DNA of 64,000 nt from an uncultured Candidatus Saccharibacteria bacterium (GCA_964545165.1 CAZJEQ010000002.1:37072-101071), one strand, 5' to 3'. Positions 9,354 to 19,377 are shown, counted from the first letter of the stretch. Translations and numbers: made by a program. Notes: generated by a model not told the origin, from the letters alone.

Positions 9354-11915
9354 ATGAAAAAATCAGCACAAAACGTCCGCCTCTCACGAGATGTGATCCC
9401 CCATCGATACGAAATCAAGCTGAAGCCCGATCTGGAGGCATTTGTATTTGAAGGAGAAGAGACCATTCATCTCACCCTCAAAAAACCCACGACGCGTATC
9501 ACCCTGCATGCTGACGAGCTCGAAATAGAATCAGTAGAGGTATTGACTGACGTGGGAATGCAGGATGCACAGAAGATCTCCTACAATAAAGCTGCTGAGA
9601 CAGCATCGTTCGACTTCGCACAGCCACTGCCGAAAGGCACTGTGCAGCTGAAGATCAACTTCCGTGGCATTCTCAACGATAAAATGCGCGGCTTCTACCG
9701 CTCGCAGTTTGCATACCGAGGCAAAACACACACGATCGCCACCACGCAATTCGAATCGACCGATGCACGCAAAGCGATTCCCTGCTTCGACGAGCCCGAG
9801 ATGAAAGCCGTCTTTGAAGTCTCACTCGTAGTGCCGAGTGACAAGACGGCAATTTCCAACACGCTCCCCATCGATATTGCCGAGCATGGTGGCGGCTACA
9901 AGGTCTTCACCTTCTCACCGACGCCCGCCATGTCGACGTACCTGCTCGCATTTATTGTGGGCGATTTCGAATACATTGAGAAAAGAAGTGCCGATGGCAT
10001 CCTCGTGCGCGTCTTTACCACGCCCGGAAAAAAGGAGCAGGCACGCTTTGCACTCGATTGCGCCGCAAAGACCGTCACGTATTTCAACAAATACTTCGGC
10101 ATCCGCTATCCCCTGCCTGTGCTCGATATGATCGCCATCCCGGACTTTGCCGCCGGTGCCATGGAGAATTGGGGAGCGATCACGTACCGCGAGAGCGCGC
10201 TCCTCGTGGACCCCGCGAATTCCTCGACCATGAACAAGCAGTGGGTGGCGCTCGTCATCGCGCACGAGATCGCGCACCAATGGTTTGGCAACCTTGTCAC
10301 CATGCAGTGGTGGACCCACCTCTGGCTCAATGAGGGTTTCGCCTCGTATATTGAGTACCTCGCGGTCGACAAGATATTTCCCTCATGGGATATGTGGACG
10401 CAATTCATCAACCACGATATGCGTCCTGCCTTTCACCTCGACGCGCTCAAGCACACGCACCCCATCGAGGTCGAAGTGCACCACCCGTCGGAAATTGCCG
10501 CGGTCTTCGATGCCGTCTCCTACTCCAAAGGTGCAACGATCATCCGCATGCTCGCGGAATACCTCGGGGAGAAAAATTTCCGCGATGGCCTGCGCTACTA
10601 CCTCAAGAAGCACCAGCACGGCAATACCGTGACGGAAGACCTCTGGCGCGCGCTCGCGCACGTCTCGGGAAAGCCGGTGGAGAAGATCATGGCCAATTGG
10701 ACCGGCAAGGGTGGCTACCCGCTCGTCGCGGTGTCCGAAAAAGGCGGCACCCTCGCGCTCTCGCAATCCCGATTCTTCTCAAGCCCACTTTCAGCAAAGC
10801 AAAATAAGGAGAAGACTATCTGGCAGGTGCCGATCGCAATCGCGACCGACAAGGGTCGACAGAAAGAGCCATACCTGCTGACCAAGCAATCAGCCTCCAT
10901 CACAAAGCCGCGCGGCAGCTGGGTAAAGCTCAATGCCGACGAGACAGCATTCTTCCGCACCGTCTACGCACCAGCGCTGCGCGACCAGCTTGGCAAAGCT
11001 GCGGCGGCGAGGAAGCTCAAGGTCCGTGATCGCCTCGGTCTCATTCGCGATGTCTTTGCGCTCGCCGAGAACGGCAGGATCGATGCCAGTGAAGCGCTCG
11101 AGTTCGCAGCGAACTTCAAAAAAGAGACCGAGTACGTGGTCTGGGCGGAGCTCGCCTCAAGCCTCGCCAACATCCACTCGCTGATCGCGCACGAAAAATT
11201 CTTGGCACAATTTGAAAGCTTCGCACTGGATCTCTTCTCGGATATCCGCAAGAAATACGATTGGGATACGAAAACGAGCTCGCACGCAGGAGCACTCCTC
11301 AAAGTCCTGGTACTGGGGAGCTTGGGCAAATATGGCGATCAGAAGACGATCGCCACTGCACAAAACATGCTCACTAAGGCAGCGACTGGCAAGAACACCA
11401 TTGCGCCAGATCTGCGTGGCGTCGTGTACTCGATCGCGGCGCGATACGGTGGTAGCCGCGAATACAAGATGCTGTTGGACTTATACGCAAAAGCTGAAAT
11501 GCACGAGGAGAAAAATCGTCTCGGCAACTCACTCGGCAATTTTAGAAACAAAGCGCTCCTTGAGAAGACACTCCACTTCGCACTCTCGGACACTGTGCGC
11601 CTGCAGGACAAGACGCGCATGATTGCCTACGTGACGATGAATCCGATGGGCCTCGAAATCTCATGGCCATGGATTCAGCGCAATTGGAAGACCTTTACCG
11701 AGCGGTACTCAGGTACACGCGATCTGCTTCACCTCATCGATCCGATGCACGTCTCCTCCTCAAAGATACTCGCGGGAGAGCTCAAGGCATTCTTCAAGAA
11801 ACACAAAGTCGCTGGCATGCAACGCACGCTCGATCAGACCCTCGAGCAAATTGCCGCGAACGCCCTCTGGCTCCAGCGCAACAAGAAATCAGTGGCAGAA
11901 TTTCTTGTCCGATAA
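9354..11915 (+). CDS. pepN: Aminopeptidase N (M1 family zinc metallopeptidase)
   Basis: GAMENWG exopeptidase motif, HEIAHQWFGNLVT...WLNEGFASY zinc site, ERAP1-like C-domain. Confidence 0.9.
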   Translation: MKKSAQNVRLSRDVIPHRYEIKLKPDLEAFVFEGEETIHLTLKKPTTRITLHADELEIESVEVLTDVGMQDAQKISYNKAAETASFDFAQPLPKGTVQLKINFRGILNDKMRGFYRSQFAYRGKTHTIATTQFESTDARKAIPCFDEPEMKAVFEVSLVVPSDKTAISNTLPIDIAEHGGGYKVFTFSPTPAMSTYLLAFIVGDFEYIEKRSADGILVRVFTTPGKKEQARFALDCAAKTVTYFNKYFGIRYPLPVLDMIAIPDFAAGAMENWGAITYRESALLVDPANSSTMNKQWVALVIAHEIAHQWFGNLVTMQWWTHLWLNEGFASYIEYLAVDKIFPSWDMWTQFINHDMRPAFHLDALKHTHPIEVEVHHPSEIAAVFDAVSYSKGATIIRMLAEYLGEKNFRDGLRYYLKKHQHGNTVTEDLWRALAHVSGKPVEKIMANWTGKGGYPLVAVSEKGGTLALSQSRFFSSPLSAKQNKEKTIWQVPIAIATDKGRQKEPYLLTKQSASITKPRGSWVKLNADETAFFRTVYAPALRDQLGKAAAARKLKVRDRLGLIRDVFALAENGRIDASEALEFAANFKKETEYVVWAELASSLANIHSLIAHEKFLAQFESFALDLFSDIRKKYDWDTKTSSHAGALLKVLVLGSLGKYGDQKTIATAQNMLTKAATGKNTIAPDLRGVVYSIAARYGGSREYKMLLDLYAKAEMHEEKNRLGNSLGNFRNKALLEKTLHFALSDTVRLQDKTRMIAYVTMNPMGLEISWPWIQRNWKTFTERYSGTRDLLHLIDPMHVSSSKILAGELKAFFKKHKVAGMQRTLDQTLEQIAANALWLQRNKKSVAEFLVR

Positions 11916-11962
11916 CCACAAGGCTCCCTCGCGGGAGCCTTGTGATTGAGAAATAAGGTGGG

Positions 11963-12787
11963 TTAGTTGGCGTGTGCGCTGCCCGAAGCCGAGACATCGG
12001 TATTGGCGGCTGCGTGGAATTCTTCTTCCATCGCTGCACGAATCTCCGCAACGAGCTTTGCCTGTTCAGCCGCGGTGAAGCGTGCTTCTGCAGAAGCACT
12101 TGCGTTGGCATTGCCGCCAACGACCGTGTCACTCTGGAGCGCGGCATTCACGCGCGACTGGATCTTGGTCTCAAGATCAGCGCTATCGACTGACGAGTAG
12201 AGAAAACGGTACCACGGACGCGTGACCGTCACTTCGCCTGAGGCATCCACGACCGCTGTGGCCGAGAGCGAGGCCGGGATAAAGCCGAGGAATTTGGCCG
12301 ACTCCTTATAGGTCACTTCGATGCTGTCGCTCGACGCTTCGACTTCAGCGAGCTGCTCATCGTTTTTCATCTGGGTCGCGACGTAGGCTGAAAGATCAGC
12401 AGTGGTCTGGACGCTCGTCGGAGAGCCCGCGAAGTTGAGGTTGACCGCTGCATTGCCCGCACCATTGGATGATGCTTTCACTGCCGAGGTAATGTCAGCG
12501 CGCGTGAAGAGCACGATGCCTGCATCAGCATTCGTAGCGGCATTCGATGAGACCGCGCCGTCAAGATTGGTCGAGGTATCGGCATCGGTCGTAGCCTCTG
12601 TATCGGACGAGACTGAGCCCGAAGTACCAGCGCCAGTTGAGCCCGAGGAGCTTGAAGCCTGGCCGGACGCGCCGACGCTTACATCAGTAGCGCCTGAGAC
12701 ATCAACCGAGATTGCAGCGACCGGCGCGACGAGCGCCAATGAGAGCGCAACAGCAGCGGAGCCAGTAGCGATAGAGCGAATGTTCAT
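11963..12787 (-). CDS. Secreted Ser/Thr/Ala-rich low-complexity protein
   Basis: Signal peptide MNIRSIATGSAAVALSLALVAPVAA; long low-complexity S/T/A/D region. Confidence 0.5.
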   Translation of the reverse strand: MNIRSIATGSAAVALSLALVAPVAAISVDVSGATDVSVGASGQASSSSGSTGAGTSGSVSSDTEATTDADTSTNLDGAVSSNAATNADAGIVLFTRADITSAVKASSNGAGNAAVNLNFAGSPTSVQTTADLSAYVATQMKNDEQLAEVEASSDSIEVTYKESAKFLGFIPASLSATAVVDASGEVTVTRPWYRFLYSSVDSADLETKIQSRVNAALQSDTVVGGNANASASAEARFTAAEQAKLVAEIRAAMEEEFHAAANTDVSASGSAHAN

Positions 12788-12861
12788 AAGATATGTTGAA
12801 TGAATAATTGATAATGGGATCAAAAGGCTCATGCCTCATAACCCCAGAGAACGGAGCCCCG

Positions 12862-12900
12862 GCGGACTCCGTTCTCTGGGGTCAATGTCCTATCTGCTCA
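12862..12900. other. Perfect 15-bp stem hairpin (CCCCAGAGAACGGAG / CTCCGTTCTCTGGGG) in a highly structured noncoding stretch
   Basis: Read directly; followed by further nested hairpins to about 13010. Confidence 0.5.
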
Positions 12901-12993
12901 TGAAGACGAAGGGTACCGCCACGCCTTACCGGTGCAAAGTCCCGTCTTCATTTGACGTTCATGTGTCGCCAAAGGCGACAAGGTTCATCTTCT

Positions 12994-13467
12994 ATGGCAG
13001 AATCGCGCCAGCAACGAGAGGAGGCGACATTGAGGATCCCCGAACCCGGCGAGCAGCATATTCTGCAACAAAGGGATGCGTCCTTTTACGCGCCCTGGCT
13101 CATGGATGGGTGCACCAAGCTCGCGACTTGTCTCACTGCCAAGTCATTCACTGGCGTGCACCAATTCATCGACCAAGGTCTCGACGAAACACTCGAGGGC
13201 AACCTGGCAAAGCTCGTGGAAACGCTGAGCCCGACAGAGCAGGCGCAATTTCGGATCTCCTGCGCTATCTGCCTCCACGTCCTGTCGCTCGGTGAAAGCG
13301 GACGGCGCAATGCAGTCGCCATTACCTTTTTGCTGCTCCTATGCTCGCATCTCAGAGCTAGCGAGACGCTGCCAACGCTTTGCGAACTGGTGAAGGATGG
13401 CAGGCTCCGCCCATGGGGTCACGGCGTCGAAGACCTCGCGAAGGAGGTCATTCGAGACCTCTCGTAG
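12994..13467 (+). CDS. Hypothetical protein (uncertain)
   Basis: Only long ORF in the 690-bp gap between two minus-strand genes; GC3-rich; no domain recognised. Confidence 0.3.
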   Translation: MAESRQQREEATLRIPEPGEQHILQQRDASFYAPWLMDGCTKLATCLTAKSFTGVHQFIDQGLDETLEGNLAKLVETLSPTEQAQFRISCAICLHVLSLGESGRRNAVAITFLLLLCSHLRASETLPTLCELVKDGRLRPWGHGVEDLAKEVIRDLS

Positions 13468-13522
13468 CACCTGACAGATGCTGATCTTCCGGCCGCTCGC
13501 GCAAACGCGAGCGGTTCGCTGT

Positions 13523-15028
13523 TTATCCCTTGAGCGGGGTGTAGCACACTTTCTTTGCTTGAAATTCCTTGCGGCGGTCGCCGATGTCGATCGGATATTC
13601 GCCGGTGAAAAACGATGTGCAGAAGAGGTCTTCCGAGAGCCCTGTCGCCTGCATCATGCCGTCGTACGAGAGATAGGTGAGCGAGGTCGCGCCGAGATAC
13701 TCGCGGATTTCTTCTACTGACTTATCCGCTGCAATCAAATATTTCTGCTCCGGCGTATCGATGCCATAAAAATCGGGGAAAACGACTGGTGGACTTGATA
13801 CCAAGAAGTGTACTTCTTTGGCCCCTGCCTCAAAAAGCATTGAGACGATTTGTCGCGAGGTCGTGCCACGCACGATCGAATCATCGAGGACGGCCACGCG
13901 CTTCCCTTCTATCACCGTGCGCTGCGGCGTGAGCTTGGCCTTCACTCCTTGATCGCGAATATGCTGTTCGGGCTGAATAAAGGTGCGATGGATGTAGCGA
14001 TTCTTCGCGAGCCCGAGCTCAAAGGGCACACCGCTCTCCTGCGAGAAGCCGATCGCCGCCGGATTCGAACTCTCGGGCACAGGGATAATCACATCAACAT
14101 CGATTTTCGCTTCCTTCGCGAGCTGTACGCCAAAGTTACGGCGCACATCGTAGACGGATTTCCCGAGGAGCTCAGAATCAGGTCGTGCAAAGTACACGAA
14201 TTCAAAAATATCGAGCTTCTGGTTCGCTTCTTTGAGTTGCTCTCCGCGAAGTCCGTCTTTGTCCACCACGACCATTTCTCCAGGATGCACATCGCGCAGA
14301 TGGGTCGCACCAATCGGGTGAAATGCACAGGTCTCTGAGGCGAAGACAAACCCGCCATTTAATTTGCCAATCGAGAGCGGACGAATACCGCAGTGGTCGC
14401 GAATCGCAATTAATTTATCCGCGGACATAATGAGGATGGAGAAGGCGCCCGTGATCATCGGATATGTCTGTCGTACGGCATCCTCAAAATCCGCGCCCTC
14501 GCGCATGGCGAGGGCAATTGCCTCAACGACGAGGCGCGAGTCTGAGAATTCCGAGACATCAATCCCCTTCTTGCTGAGATGCTCCTGCAAGAGGAGCGTC
14601 TCGGGGAGATTACCATTGTGCACGAGGGCGATAGCGCCATCACTCTCTCCCGACGAAAGAAGGAGCGACTCGTGCGCTCCCTGTTCTTCTGTATATGAAA
14701 TCTTCTCAAGATCAGCCTGACCCTTGGCGAGCATCGGCTGCGCATGCTTGAGCTTTGAGCCGCCCGTCGTCGAATAGCGATTGTGCGCAACTGCTACATG
14801 GCCAGGTAATTTCTTTACGGATTCCTCATTGAAAACCTGCGAGACGAGTCCCATGCCCTTGTGCACCGTGAGGCGCACGCCGTCTCCCGTAGCAATGCCG
14901 GAAGATTCTTGGCCGCGGTGCTGGAGCGAGTAGAGGCCGAAAAAGGAGATGCGGGCGACATCGAGACCCTTGCCATAGACACCGAAGACCGCACATTTCT
15001 CTCCGATATCTTCCATAGATGGCCGCAT
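13523..15028 (-). CDS. purF: Amidophosphoribosyltransferase with N-terminal propeptide
   Basis: Propeptide MRPSMEDIGEK then catalytic Cys (CAVFGVYG), Ntn-GATase domain and PRTase domain (DDSIVRGTT). Confidence 0.9.
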   Translation of the reverse strand: MRPSMEDIGEKCAVFGVYGKGLDVARISFFGLYSLQHRGQESSGIATGDGVRLTVHKGMGLVSQVFNEESVKKLPGHVAVAHNRYSTTGGSKLKHAQPMLAKGQADLEKISYTEEQGAHESLLLSSGESDGAIALVHNGNLPETLLLQEHLSKKGIDVSEFSDSRLVVEAIALAMREGADFEDAVRQTYPMITGAFSILIMSADKLIAIRDHCGIRPLSIGKLNGGFVFASETCAFHPIGATHLRDVHPGEMVVVDKDGLRGEQLKEANQKLDIFEFVYFARPDSELLGKSVYDVRRNFGVQLAKEAKIDVDVIIPVPESSNPAAIGFSQESGVPFELGLAKNRYIHRTFIQPEQHIRDQGVKAKLTPQRTVIEGKRVAVLDDSIVRGTTSRQIVSMLFEAGAKEVHFLVSSPPVVFPDFYGIDTPEQKYLIAADKSVEEIREYLGATSLTYLSYDGMMQATGLSEDLFCTSFFTGEYPIDIGDRRKEFQAKKVCYTPLKG

Positions 15029-15098
15029 TGTATCAGATCGTCTTCTGAGAAAAAGAGAGGGCCGCGCAGCATGCGCTGCGCGGCACCTTCAGATCGAT

Positions 15099-16367
15099 TC
15101 AGTAGCCCCACGGCTGCCTGATGTCCTTGGGGACCATGCCGATGTACGGCGCGGACCCCGGTACATGTGTCTTCAAGACCTGCTCAAGGCCGAGCCAGAA
15201 CGTGTCTGCAAATTCGCAGTTCACGATGCCGGTGTCAGGATGATCACGCAGGTACATCGCCTCAGCGAGATAGAAGACGTTGTTGGCAATCGTCCGCTTC
15301 AACCCCTGATGCGGATCGATCGCATGGAGTGTCGCATACGACGGCCGCGTCTTCACCCGCTCGAGGTAAATAGCCTCCGCAACGTCGCGTGTTTTCTCTG
15401 CGAGCTGTGCGGCTTCCGCGAGATACTCGCCGATATACACCGACCACGAAATGGTCGTGATCGGCATACCGATGCGCACACTCACCGCCTGCGCAATCTC
15501 TCGCACCAGACCGTCGCCAGAGGCTTCGAGTGCCCGTGCAATTTCTGCGTCGGTACGACGATGCGCGTGCGCAGCGCCGAAGAGCCGCTCAGTTGGCGGC
15601 ACGTCACGCTTGATATGCGACGCGACCTCATCGAGACTCGCAAACATGAACGGATGGAAATGATCACGCAGCTCGGGCCGGAGCAAATCGCTCCGCGGCA
15701 CGATAAACGAGATGTCTTCCACCCGACTCTCTGCGAGAATCGTCGACAGTCCCTCCACGATGCGTTCGCGCTTCGCTTGGGGGATGCTGTCGATCACGTC
15801 AGTGTGCGCGTGATTAAAGAGCGCGCACCCCATAATGACGAGCTTCTTGATTGGCGCGCGCTCAGCCTCCTTGAAAATCGGCTCGAGCCGGTAACTGAGC
15901 CGCTCCAGCGTAGTGAGCTCCCCCAGTTGCTTGCGCGCGGCATCTTTCCATTGCGGGAAATCCACGTGCGGCACATTGTTGTCGTGCCAGAGCGGATTCC
16001 ATGGGGCGTCCGGGCGCTCCATCCACGGATGCCACGCGGCGTATTCTCTGGCCATTTGCAAGAGCGCGCGTGCGCAATTCTCGGGTCGCTCCTTGAGCTT
16101 TTTTTCGCTCACCGCAACGCGGTACACGTGTGCTGCCGCCCATGCCGGCACGGGGATGTTCTCCTGCCCCATACGATGCGTCGAGAGCCGAATGCAGCGC
16201 GCCGTCCGCTTGCGACGCAACTCGGGCACACTAAAGAGCGACACCGTGCCAGGATACGTGTGGATCTCGCCGCTCACCAAGTGCGTCTCATAGCCATGCT
16301 GTTCGAGGACGGCAAGCGCCTGCTGAGCCGTATCGTCGCTCACATGAGCAAGAAACTGTATAGGCAT
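15099..16367 (-). CDS. Conserved hypothetical protein (422 aa), function unknown
   Basis: Long GC3-rich ORF upstream of purF on the same strand; the antisense ORF is Arg/His low-complexity. No motif I can assign. Confidence 0.6.
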   Translation of the reverse strand: MPIQFLAHVSDDTAQQALAVLEQHGYETHLVSGEIHTYPGTVSLFSVPELRRKRTARCIRLSTHRMGQENIPVPAWAAAHVYRVAVSEKKLKERPENCARALLQMAREYAAWHPWMERPDAPWNPLWHDNNVPHVDFPQWKDAARKQLGELTTLERLSYRLEPIFKEAERAPIKKLVIMGCALFNHAHTDVIDSIPQAKRERIVEGLSTILAESRVEDISFIVPRSDLLRPELRDHFHPFMFASLDEVASHIKRDVPPTERLFGAAHAHRRTDAEIARALEASGDGLVREIAQAVSVRIGMPITTISWSVYIGEYLAEAAQLAEKTRDVAEAIYLERVKTRPSYATLHAIDPHQGLKRTIANNVFYLAEAMYLRDHPDTGIVNCEFADTFWLGLEQVLKTHVPGSAPYIGMVPKDIRQPWGY

Positions 16368-16584
16368 AGTCTTCTCTCCTCTGTCAAAGTGTCAAAGATC
16401 ACGTTAACGATCGTGTTCGTCATACAACGAACAAGGGCCCCTGCGGGGCCCTTGTCTGTGCACGTTTCTGTTTTAGGAGTTAGTCGATACGCGCATACAC
16501 AAAGGCGCCGCAAGTGGCGGCTTCCATACGCATACGGCACTGTATCGACTGCATAGATCGAAAATAGCACGCCTCAAAAGCGCG

Positions 16585-17640
16585 TCAAGCGATGTCGGCA
16601 CCGTGCTTTGGCGACTCAATATGAAGTGCGATGAGGGTCAGGAAGAAGCTTACGGCAAGTGGCCCCAAGAAAATGCCGACGGGTCCAAAGAAGGCGATGC
16701 CGCCGAGCACCGAGAGCATCATGACCAGCGGGTGCTGCTTCATCCCCTGCGCCATGAGGCGCGGACCGAGCACGTTATCGATGAGGCCGGCAATCCCCGC
16801 CCAGATCAGCAATCCCAGCGCCGCCCCTGAGGCTCCCGTCACAAACAGGAAGAGCATGGCGGGAATCGTGACAATGGCAGTGCCGAGCGGCGGGATAATG
16901 GCGGCGACCATCGCGAGGAGCGCCCAAATGATGGCGTTGGGCACCCCGAAGAGAAAGAGTCCTGCGCCGACAAAGAGTCCCTGGATGAGCGCCAGCAGGA
17001 ATTGGCCGCGTACGACGGATGTCACCGCGAGCGAGAGGCGGCGCATAATTTCCTCATCCTGCGTATCCGGCAATGGTGAGAGACGCACGAGAAAACGACT
17101 GAGCGATTCTCCCTCCTTGAGCAGGTAGTACAGCGCGATAAAGAAGATGAACAGCGCGAGCAGAAACGCAGAGACGCCAGAGAATGCGACACCGAGGTGC
17201 CCAATCAGCCACGCGAGTCCTGCGCGTGCATATTCATCGAGACTCGCCGAGATCTCAGCAAGGCGTGCGCTCGCATCGGGTACATATTGCTGGAGCCACG
17301 GCACCGATTGCGCGAACGCAGTATCAAAACCCGAGCGCCACTCGCCGCTCGCGACCGTGACATAGAGCTGCTGGGATTCTGCCAAGATGCGCGAGCCGAA
17401 GAAGATGCACGGTATCAAGATAAGTACGAGAAAGATGAGCACCGTGACGAGCGACGCAAGCGATGGCGAGCCACGCAGGCGGCGTCGAATGTGGAGATAC
17501 GCTGGCTGGAGCACCACCGCAAAAACCGCGCCGAGTGCAAGCGGTGCGATAAAGGGTCGCACGATAAAAAATACAAGCACCGCTGCAGCAGCGAGCAGCG
17601 CTACGAGAAAGTATTGTTGAATGGTTTTATCGCTCATCAT
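16585..17640 (-). CDS. AI-2E family transporter (UPF0118/PerM-like)
   Basis: 8-TM topology and the conserved LLALIQGLF...PLGTAI...GLIDNVLGPRLM motifs. Confidence 0.8.
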   Translation of the reverse strand: MMSDKTIQQYFLVALLAAAAVLVFFIVRPFIAPLALGAVFAVVLQPAYLHIRRRLRGSPSLASLVTVLIFLVLILIPCIFFGSRILAESQQLYVTVASGEWRSGFDTAFAQSVPWLQQYVPDASARLAEISASLDEYARAGLAWLIGHLGVAFSGVSAFLLALFIFFIALYYLLKEGESLSRFLVRLSPLPDTQDEEIMRRLSLAVTSVVRGQFLLALIQGLFVGAGLFLFGVPNAIIWALLAMVAAIIPPLGTAIVTIPAMLFLFVTGASGAALGLLIWAGIAGLIDNVLGPRLMAQGMKQHPLVMMLSVLGGIAFFGPVGIFLGPLAVSFFLTLIALHIESPKHGADIA

Positions 17641-17772
17641 GAAAATAGTATCTCCCCGGTGGGTATATCACAACTCTCGCGCGCGCATAGGTAATTCATC
17701 ATGAAGAGTGCGCACTGTGGCGACGCGCATTCACTCGTTGACCATCGCTTCAAAGCGCGGCAGTATCGATAG

Positions 17773-18573
17773 ATGGAACGCTACCGCGCGTGGGTCTGGG
17801 AATTCTTCGTATTTGGCATCAAGCAGGCACGGGCCTGCATCTTCGCCGGCTCCTTCTTCATCATCCTCTTTCTTTCCAAATATATTCCTCTCTTCGGGCT
17901 TGCCCGCTACGATTTCATTTTTCTCTGCGCGATTCTTTTGCAGATCATCCTGCTTCTCACCAAGGTCGAAACCTGGGACGAGGTCAAAACGATTTTCCTC
18001 TTCCATGTGATCGGCACCGTTCTGGAGCTGTACAAGACGCATCCAGCCATCGCCTCCTGGAGCTACCCGGAGCCCGGCTTTTTCAAAATCGCGACAGTGC
18101 CGCTCTATAGCGGATTTATGTACGCCGCTGTCGGCAGCTACCTCACGCAGTCGTGGCGCATTATGAAAAACACACTCGAAGAGTACCCGCCGTATTGGAT
18201 GACGGTACTGCTGTGCGCCGGTATCTATCTCAACTTTTTCACCAACCACTTCATACCGGATCTTCGCATCCTCCTCATCCCCGCGGTCTTCCTGCTCTTT
18301 GCGCGCACCACCGTGTACTTCTACCCGCTCGCCATACCGCGCAAAATGCCGCTGGCACTCGCTTTTATGCTCGTCGCCTTTTTCATCTGGGTCGCGGAAA
18401 ACATCTCGACCCTCCTCGGCGCATGGAAATATCCCGATCAGGTGCACGTCTGGAATGCCGTCTCGACCGGCAAGATCACCTCGTGGTTCTTGATGGTTAT
18501 CATCTCCTTCATCATCGTCGCCTACCTCAAGCACTACAAAAAGGATGTGCTGCACGAGCGCCGTGATGCTTGA
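17773..18573 (+). CDS. DUF817-like polytopic membrane protein
   Basis: Aromatic-rich 7-8 TM protein about 266 aa; the minus-strand overlapping ORF is acidic low-complexity (rejected). Confidence 0.55.
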   Translation: MERYRAWVWEFFVFGIKQARACIFAGSFFIILFLSKYIPLFGLARYDFIFLCAILLQIILLLTKVETWDEVKTIFLFHVIGTVLELYKTHPAIASWSYPEPGFFKIATVPLYSGFMYAAVGSYLTQSWRIMKNTLEEYPPYWMTVLLCAGIYLNFFTNHFIPDLRILLIPAVFLLFARTTVYFYPLAIPRKMPLALAFMLVAFFIWVAENISTLLGAWKYPDQVHVWNAVSTGKITSWFLMVIISFIIVAYLKHYKKDVLHERRDA

Positions 18574-18695
18574 CAAGATAAATCTCATATGATATTCTTC
18601 ACCTATCAAAACGGGGCCTGATCCAGAGAAGTGAGGATCGAGCTTCCACTCCAGTCTCCTGTCTTGATGCATTAACCAGACTATTTTCTCTTGCT

Positions 18696-18896
18696 ATGCA
18701 AACAGGAACTATCGCCCGCCTCACCGATAAGGGTTTCGGGTTCATCAAAGTCGAGGGTCAGGAAAAGGATCTCTTTTTCCACTCCAACGAACTCACGAAC
18801 GTCCGTTTCGACGAACTTCGCGAGGGCGACACCCTCTCCTTCGAGGTCGCTGAGAGCCCGAAAGGTCTCAACGCGGTCAAGATCAGCCGCGCATAA
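18696..18896 (+). CDS. Cold-shock protein (CspA family)
   Basis: GTIARLTDKGFGFIKVEGQEKDLFFHSNEL RNP1/RNP2 motifs, 66 aa; long 5' UTR upstream. Confidence 0.9.
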   Translation: MQTGTIARLTDKGFGFIKVEGQEKDLFFHSNELTNVRFDELREGDTLSFEVAESPKGLNAVKISRA

Positions 18897-18921
18897 GCCT
18901 CACGGCTTAGCCACTACCACA

Positions 18922-18948
18922 GGCGCCCTTCGGGGCGCTTTTGGTTTT
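18922..18948 (+). terminator. Rho-independent terminator after csp
   Basis: GGCGCCC-TTCG-GGGCGC followed by TTTTGGTTTT. Confidence 0.65.
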
Positions 18949-18969
18949 GCACAATCACTCATTCCCTCA

Positions 18970-18997
18970 TTGACTTTTCATGTAATCATCGTACAAT
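18970..18997 (+). promoter_or_regulatory. Sigma70-like promoter TTGACT-16nt-TACAAT
   Basis: Read directly; followed by GAGGGG Shine-Dalgarno 8 nt before the ATG at 19036. Confidence 0.4.
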
Positions 18998-19035
18998 CGT
19001 TGCTGGACTGGAGGGGTTTCAGTCGCCATAGAGGG

Positions 19036-19377
19036 GTACCGATCATGACCACACCCGACACGCACGAAGTCGTCGTCGTGGAATCTGAGACAAAGTTTAC
19101 TGCAGCCTGCACAAGCTGCAGGAAACGCTACGCTGAAGGAGAAGGCCGCTTCGCCGTTGCCATCAAGCAGAACGGCAATCTGCTCGGCGTATGTGTTGAT
19201 GACCAGCGCACGTGCCACGGCGTGGTGCCGATCATTGCCGCGTATAACGTGCGCAGCGACGCGATCCAAAAGATGGGTGAGATCGCTCGACGCATCGAAC
19301 AGGCCGGTACTGTCGAGAAGATCAAGACCCACCCGTTCGCGGAGCAGCCGCGGGAAGTGAGGCTGGTGTTTGCCTGA
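19036..19377 (+). CDS. Hypothetical 113-aa protein
   Basis: Own promoter and RBS; non-repetitive composition; the overlapping minus ORF is less plausible. Confidence 0.4.
   Translation, partial: VPIMTTPDTHEVVVVESETKFTAACTSCRKRYAEGEGRFAVAIKQNGNLLGVCVDDQRTCHGVVPIIAAYNVRSDAIQKMGEIARRIEQAGTVEKIKTHPFAEQPREVRLVFA

Noticed and set aside
12831-13295. 154-aa plus-strand ORF at the start of the structured gap
   Set aside because: Arg/Pro-rich, begins inside the 15-bp hairpin, and overlaps the more protein-like 12994-13467 frame.
15165-16556. 463-aa plus-strand ORF antisense to the 15099-16367 gene
   Set aside because: Arg/His/Pro-rich low-complexity translation typical of the antisense frame of a high-GC gene; the minus-strand product reads like a real protein.
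17731-18672. 313-aa minus-strand ORF overlapping the DUF817 membrane protein
   Set aside because: Acidic/Arg low-complexity (EEGDDDEGDD...). The plus strand encodes a coherent polytopic membrane protein.
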